A stretch of 12,900 bases of DNA. Source: Octopus sinensis. Its lineage: Eukaryota. Positions 8,500-12,900 of this stretch are shown piece by piece. The position numbers and the translations under genes were made by a program. A model generated the notes under the pieces. The model made no database searches, was not told the origin of the DNA, and worked only from the letters and a program-made list of their open reading frames with translations. The stretch is from the NCBI RefSeq assembly GCF_006345805.1, contig NW_021826518.1:1-12900 (forward strand). The letters run 5' to 3'. Numbering within the stretch: the stretch's first letter is position 1; every line of letters starts with the position of its first letter.

Positions 8500-9155
8500 T
8501 AAGTCTTAATGTTCTAGCTCCTTCCACTGTTCAAAGCAGTGTTTGGAAGGAAGGTGTGTAGCGTGCGATCATCGCATTGGCCATGTTAACGTTCTCATGG
8601 TGATACCTGCTCAGAGGCCTACTCGAGGTTGTAGAAAGTGTATGAATAGGAGTTTATGAGCCGCATACAAGTATACGAGTGGTTCAGACGTTTCCAAGAT
8701 GGCCGGAAAAATGTCGATAGAGATGAAGGTTCTCGTAGACCCGCAACCAGAAGAACTGAAAAAAATATTGCGTATGCGCGTGCAACCGTGAGGGGAAATC
8801 GTCGAATCATCATCCGTGAGTTATCAGAGGATGTACAGATTATTTAAGGTTCAGTTCAGTCCCTTATCACTGAATATTTGGGTCTTCCAAGTTTGTGCCT
8901 AAACTGCTTTCAGCTGATAAAAGAGACAGCCGGCTTTAAGTTGCAGAACATCTCCTTCATTGCGTCGGGAATGATGAAACCTTCTTGGAAACTTTGGGTA
9001 TACCTCTGAGAAGGTATCGCGAAGATTTTGGCAAATTTGATGCAGGTTCTCTACTCAACTTTCCCTGTCATGTTCAATGCGACGATCACTCGCTACACAC
9101 GATCTTTCCAAGCACTGCTGGAAACAGTTAAAGGGAGCTAGAACGTTAAAACTTA
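8500..9155. mobile_element. Non-autonomous mariner derivative with two inverted 5' ends
   Basis: 8500-8585 and 9069-9155 are about 80% identical inverted arms, each ending in an ATG. The similarity continues inward (GATACCTGCTCAGAGG at ~8601 versus GATACCTTCTCAGAGG on the minus strand at ~9003-9018). Confidence 0.8.
8615..8990 (+). pseudogene. Mariner transposase N-terminal (HTH DNA-binding) fragment
   Basis: MSRIQVYEWFRRFQDGRKNVDRDEGSRRP...NRRIIIRELSEDVQII*GSVQSLITEYLGL, then KFVPKLLS (WVPHEL-linker equivalent). Truncated before the first catalytic Asp. Confidence 0.85.
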
Positions 9156-9358
9156 GGGCTTATGCACAACAGTGTTTATAGTCAATCTCTGCCAAGCGGT
9201 CTTACTCTGCTTACTTTAGCTTCGTTACTATGGGTTTTTGTGTCTATGTATCTGTGTTACCGTGTCCAACAGCATATGACAACAAATATGGCTTCGTTTA
9301 CCTCTCCTCTGCGTAGTGGTTCGTCAATTAAGAAAAGCTAGGAAAAACACTGGACATA

Positions 9359-9520
9359 GGCGCAGGAGTGGCTGCGTGGTAAGTAACTTGCTTATCAACC
9401 TCATGGTTCTAGATTCATTCCCACCGTGTGGCACATTGGGCAAGTGTCTTCTACTATAGCCTCGAGCCAACCAAAGCCTTGTGAGTGGATTTGGTAGACG
9501 GAAACTGAAAGAAGCCTGTC

Positions 9521-9552
<32 letters not shown>
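9359..9552 (+). mobile_element. SINE family B, 5' half ending in (AT)n
   Basis: Strong match to 6321-6500. Retains the ~10-bp head segment missing from the 6321 copy. Confidence 0.9.
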
Positions 9553-9554
<2 letters not shown>

Positions 9555-9896
9555 TCGAAAAACTGAAACAAATGAAAGTTAAAAATCGCTGTTTCATGTG
9601 TGACGCACGAACACATATGGCAAACAGCAAAATCATATAAGGACATTTTAAAGTTTTAATTACCCTTCATCAATTGTTTGCTTACTTTTGCGTGGGAGTA
9701 AGGAGGGCGAAAAGAAAGATGGTTATAGGGATAAGAATGTTCTACAGGAATTATTTCATTCGATGTAATTTACTCACTTGCATTCGGCGTTTGGAAAGTT
9801 CGGGCATGTTTTTCCACGGCAGGGATTAGCGAAACACCGGTGAATGATGCACTTCTTCTTCGCTGAAAGAGAAAAATATATACATTATATACATTA

Positions 9897-10135
9897 TATA
9901 TATATATATATGTTTGTGTGTGTGTGTGTGTGTTTGTTCGCCGCTATCGCTTGACAACCTATGCTCATATGTTTATGTCCCCGTAACATATCGGTTTGGC
10001 GAAAGAGACCGATAGAATTAGTACTGGGCTTACAAATTATAAGTCCCGGGGTAGGTTTCTTCAATGAAATCCAATTAAGGCTGTGACCCAGCATGGCCAC
10101 AGTGAAATAACGGAAACAAGTACAAAAATAAAGAA
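9897..10135 (+). mobile_element. SINE family B, 3' half starting at (AT)n(GT)n
   Basis: Matches 6500-6740 (ATCGCTTGACAACC, AAAGAGACCGATAG, CCAGCATGGCCACAGT). Confidence 0.85.
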
Positions 10136-10861
10136 ATATATATATATATATACATGTGTGTGTGTGTTGTTTCTGCCTAATAGGAATAAAAATGTGTGTG
10201 TATGTGTATATATATATTACAGATGGTTAATAGTTTATTCACTACAGCTGATTCCAAAGTAATTTTTAATTAATGTATTGAGATATTACATTATATACAA
10301 AAAAAACTTTCTCATCAGGTGAATATACATAATTTAAACATTTAAAACATTCCAAATGTCACCAACAGAAGTTCCTGTCAAAAGTATGAATTCGCTTGCT
10401 CAGGTTAGTAGTTGATTTGGGGAAAATATTGCGGTAACAGAAGGGAAGAAGGTAGAATTTATAGCAGTAGAAAGATTAGAGGGAACGGTATAATAATATT
10501 CTGTACAGTTTCCAAAAGACACGGCCGCCATGTTTAATTTAGAATCTGTAAGAGACTGGATAGACGACAGAGTTCTAAACAAAAAACCTTAAAATATTTT
10601 GAGGGACGTGAGTAGGGGGTTTATCTAAAATAGGGGGTGAGACCTTGGTGTCATGTTTCGACTTCTGAGATAAAGTTAGTTTATTTTATTTATATCTTTT
10701 TATTCCTCAAATAACAATGCAACCTGACTTCTAAAATATGGTCGTTCTGTATTTTTGAAAATCGTTTAGTCTTTTATAACCCACAAATAGTTGACCGATC
10801 CGTTTCAGGCCAAAAACGGCCTTAAAAGGTCGGATGTGGAGGTGGATAGTAGATAAGTCCT

Positions 10862-11176
10862 GTAGCTTGGCACAAAAACTGGCCATTTCTCAACTTGTCT
10901 TCATGCACTACATGCCTGATAAGAAACTGAGACACTCCCATGTCCCTGGTGATGGAATTGATTACCTTGGAGGGATCGTTGTCAATCATGGCCTGGATCT
11001 CACCAACATATTCAGGAGTTATTTTCTTATCAGAACGATGAGAGTGAGTTTTCCGAGCTGCCGTATCTTCGTAATCACAATTAGACTCATCCAATTCTTT
11101 CCGAATCCTCTGCACAATACTCAGCTTGACACCCAAACACCCGGAAATGTTCGTATTGAGGGTACCGCTGCAAATG
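10862..11176 (-). pseudogene. Second fragment of the DD37D/maT-like transposase (N-terminal part)
   Basis: ORF 10822-11184 encodes ESNCDYEDTAARKTHSHRSDKKITPEYVGEIQAMIDNDPS, clearly homologous to KSNCDYEGSAARKNHSDLSDKKRTLEFIGAIQAMINNDHS at ~3120-3245. Confidence 0.88.
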
Positions 11177-11177
11177 C

Positions 11178-11235
11178 GGTTCATTTATTTATTTCGTTCA
11201 TCATGTACATGATGAACGAAATAAATAAATGAACC
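11178..11235. repeat. Perfect 58-bp spacerless palindrome
   Basis: GGTTCATTTATTTATTTCGTTCATCATGT|ACATGATGAACGAAATAAATAAATGAACC. Confidence 0.95.
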
Positions 11236-11243
11236 CTAAGAGT

Positions 11244-11458
11244 CCTTTCTACTAAAGACACAAGGGCTGACATTTCATGGGACGTGACTACTTGATTACG
11301 TCGAACCCTTTGTTTCACTTGTCCTTAACTTATCGACCCCGAAATGATGAAAGGCAGAGTCGACCTCGGCGAAATTTGGACTCAGAACGTAGCGACGGAC
11401 GAAACAACGCGAATTCATTTCGTCCGGCGTACTTACGATTCTGCGAGCTCACCGCCTA

Positions 11459-11460
<2 letters not shown>
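11244..11460 (-). mobile_element. SINE family A, monomeric diverged copy
   Basis: Reverse-complement match to 901-1070, followed by the 3' tail seen at 1260-1300. No internal duplication. Confidence 0.88.
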
Positions 11461-12129
<669 letters not shown>

Positions 12130-12429
12130 TTAAAAACAGAAGCAATTCCTATCATAGTAGGTTCATTAGACATGATAAAAAAATATTCAGACAAATACAT
12201 AACAAAAACACCAGGACTTACAAACACATATAACATACAGAAAATTGCACTACTAGGCACTGCACACATCCTACGCAGAACACTTTCCATACAATAACCA
12301 TCAGAGCATCACAACAAATCACAGCACATACCCAAGGCACACAGAGCTGCGCTCGGTAGTGAAGTGAAAGCACGCTATAAAAACTATACTACTGAATAAC
12401 AATAATAATAATAATAATAATAATAATAA
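12130..12429 (+). mobile_element. 5'-truncated R4/Dong-like non-LTR retrotransposon, 3' end
   Basis: 12130-12297 encodes LKTEAIPIIVGSLDMIKKYSDKYITKTPGLTNTYNIQKIALLGTAHILRRTLSIQ*, like the C-terminus of restriction-like-endonuclease LINEs (PIIxGxLG...QKxxLLGTAxILR). It is followed by a ~100-bp 3' UTR and an (AAT)n tail at 12395-12429. Confidence 0.8.
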
Positions 12430-12599
12430 GGTAAAAAAGATACGCAGTCGGAGACAGCGAGGATTTGGAAATTGGTGCTTGGATCAACCGAAGAAAGAAG
12501 ACTCTGTGAGATCTTTGTCAACATGTTGTGCTCTCCTGTCTGCTCTCAGAATTAGCCGGAGCGAGTAAGATCGTGAACCACGAGAGGTAAAATATAGAC

Positions 12600-12730
<131 letters not shown>

Positions 12731-12900
12731 ACATTGTCCATTTAATTAAAAAATTATATATGTGGCTGAAGATTGCTCTACATTTTAAAACTGATGTAAT
12801 ACTTACAGTGTTTAATAAAATGAAGTAGCATGAAGCGATTGTACACACTACATTGGATACCTTTGTTGCTTATTTTGATTATGTATATATTATACATAAG

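Noticed and set aside
10295-10325. Minus-strand CUGAUGAGAAAG as a hammerhead core
   Set aside because: No stems I-III can be formed around it.
12440-12592. GC-richer segment ending in donor-like GAG|GTAAAA, a possible exon
   Set aside because: No convincing acceptor, stops in the frames examined, and no recognisable peptide.

Overview
AT-rich eukaryotic non-coding DNA (intergenic or intronic), most likely from an octopus. That assignment rests on my recognition of the SINE families, not on a database search. No intact host gene or autonomous transposon is supported, and most ORFs in the track are microsatellite artefacts. The window is a graveyard of decayed elements: (i) two tRNA-headed SINE families, about 8 copies in total, plus a possible third family; (ii) a near-full-length dead Tc1/mariner-superfamily element with DD37D (maT-type) spacing at ~2880-4143, and a second fragment at ~10862-11176; (iii) a mariner derivative built from two inverted 5' ends at 8500-9155; (iv) a MITE-like fold-back at 69-308; (v) the 3' end of an R4/Dong-like LINE inside a (TAA)n array; (vi) probable Penelope-like remnants. 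The most notable signals are a complete minimal type I hammerhead ribozyme motif on the minus strand (5550-5597), three perfect spacerless palindromes (32, 20 and 58 bp, two of them at element breakpoints), and a near-perfect inverted duplication bracketing one remnant. Two weak, decayed protein-like segments remain unexplained (7814-8247 minus, 10356-10592 plus). I see no firm evidence for a wholly new biological system.
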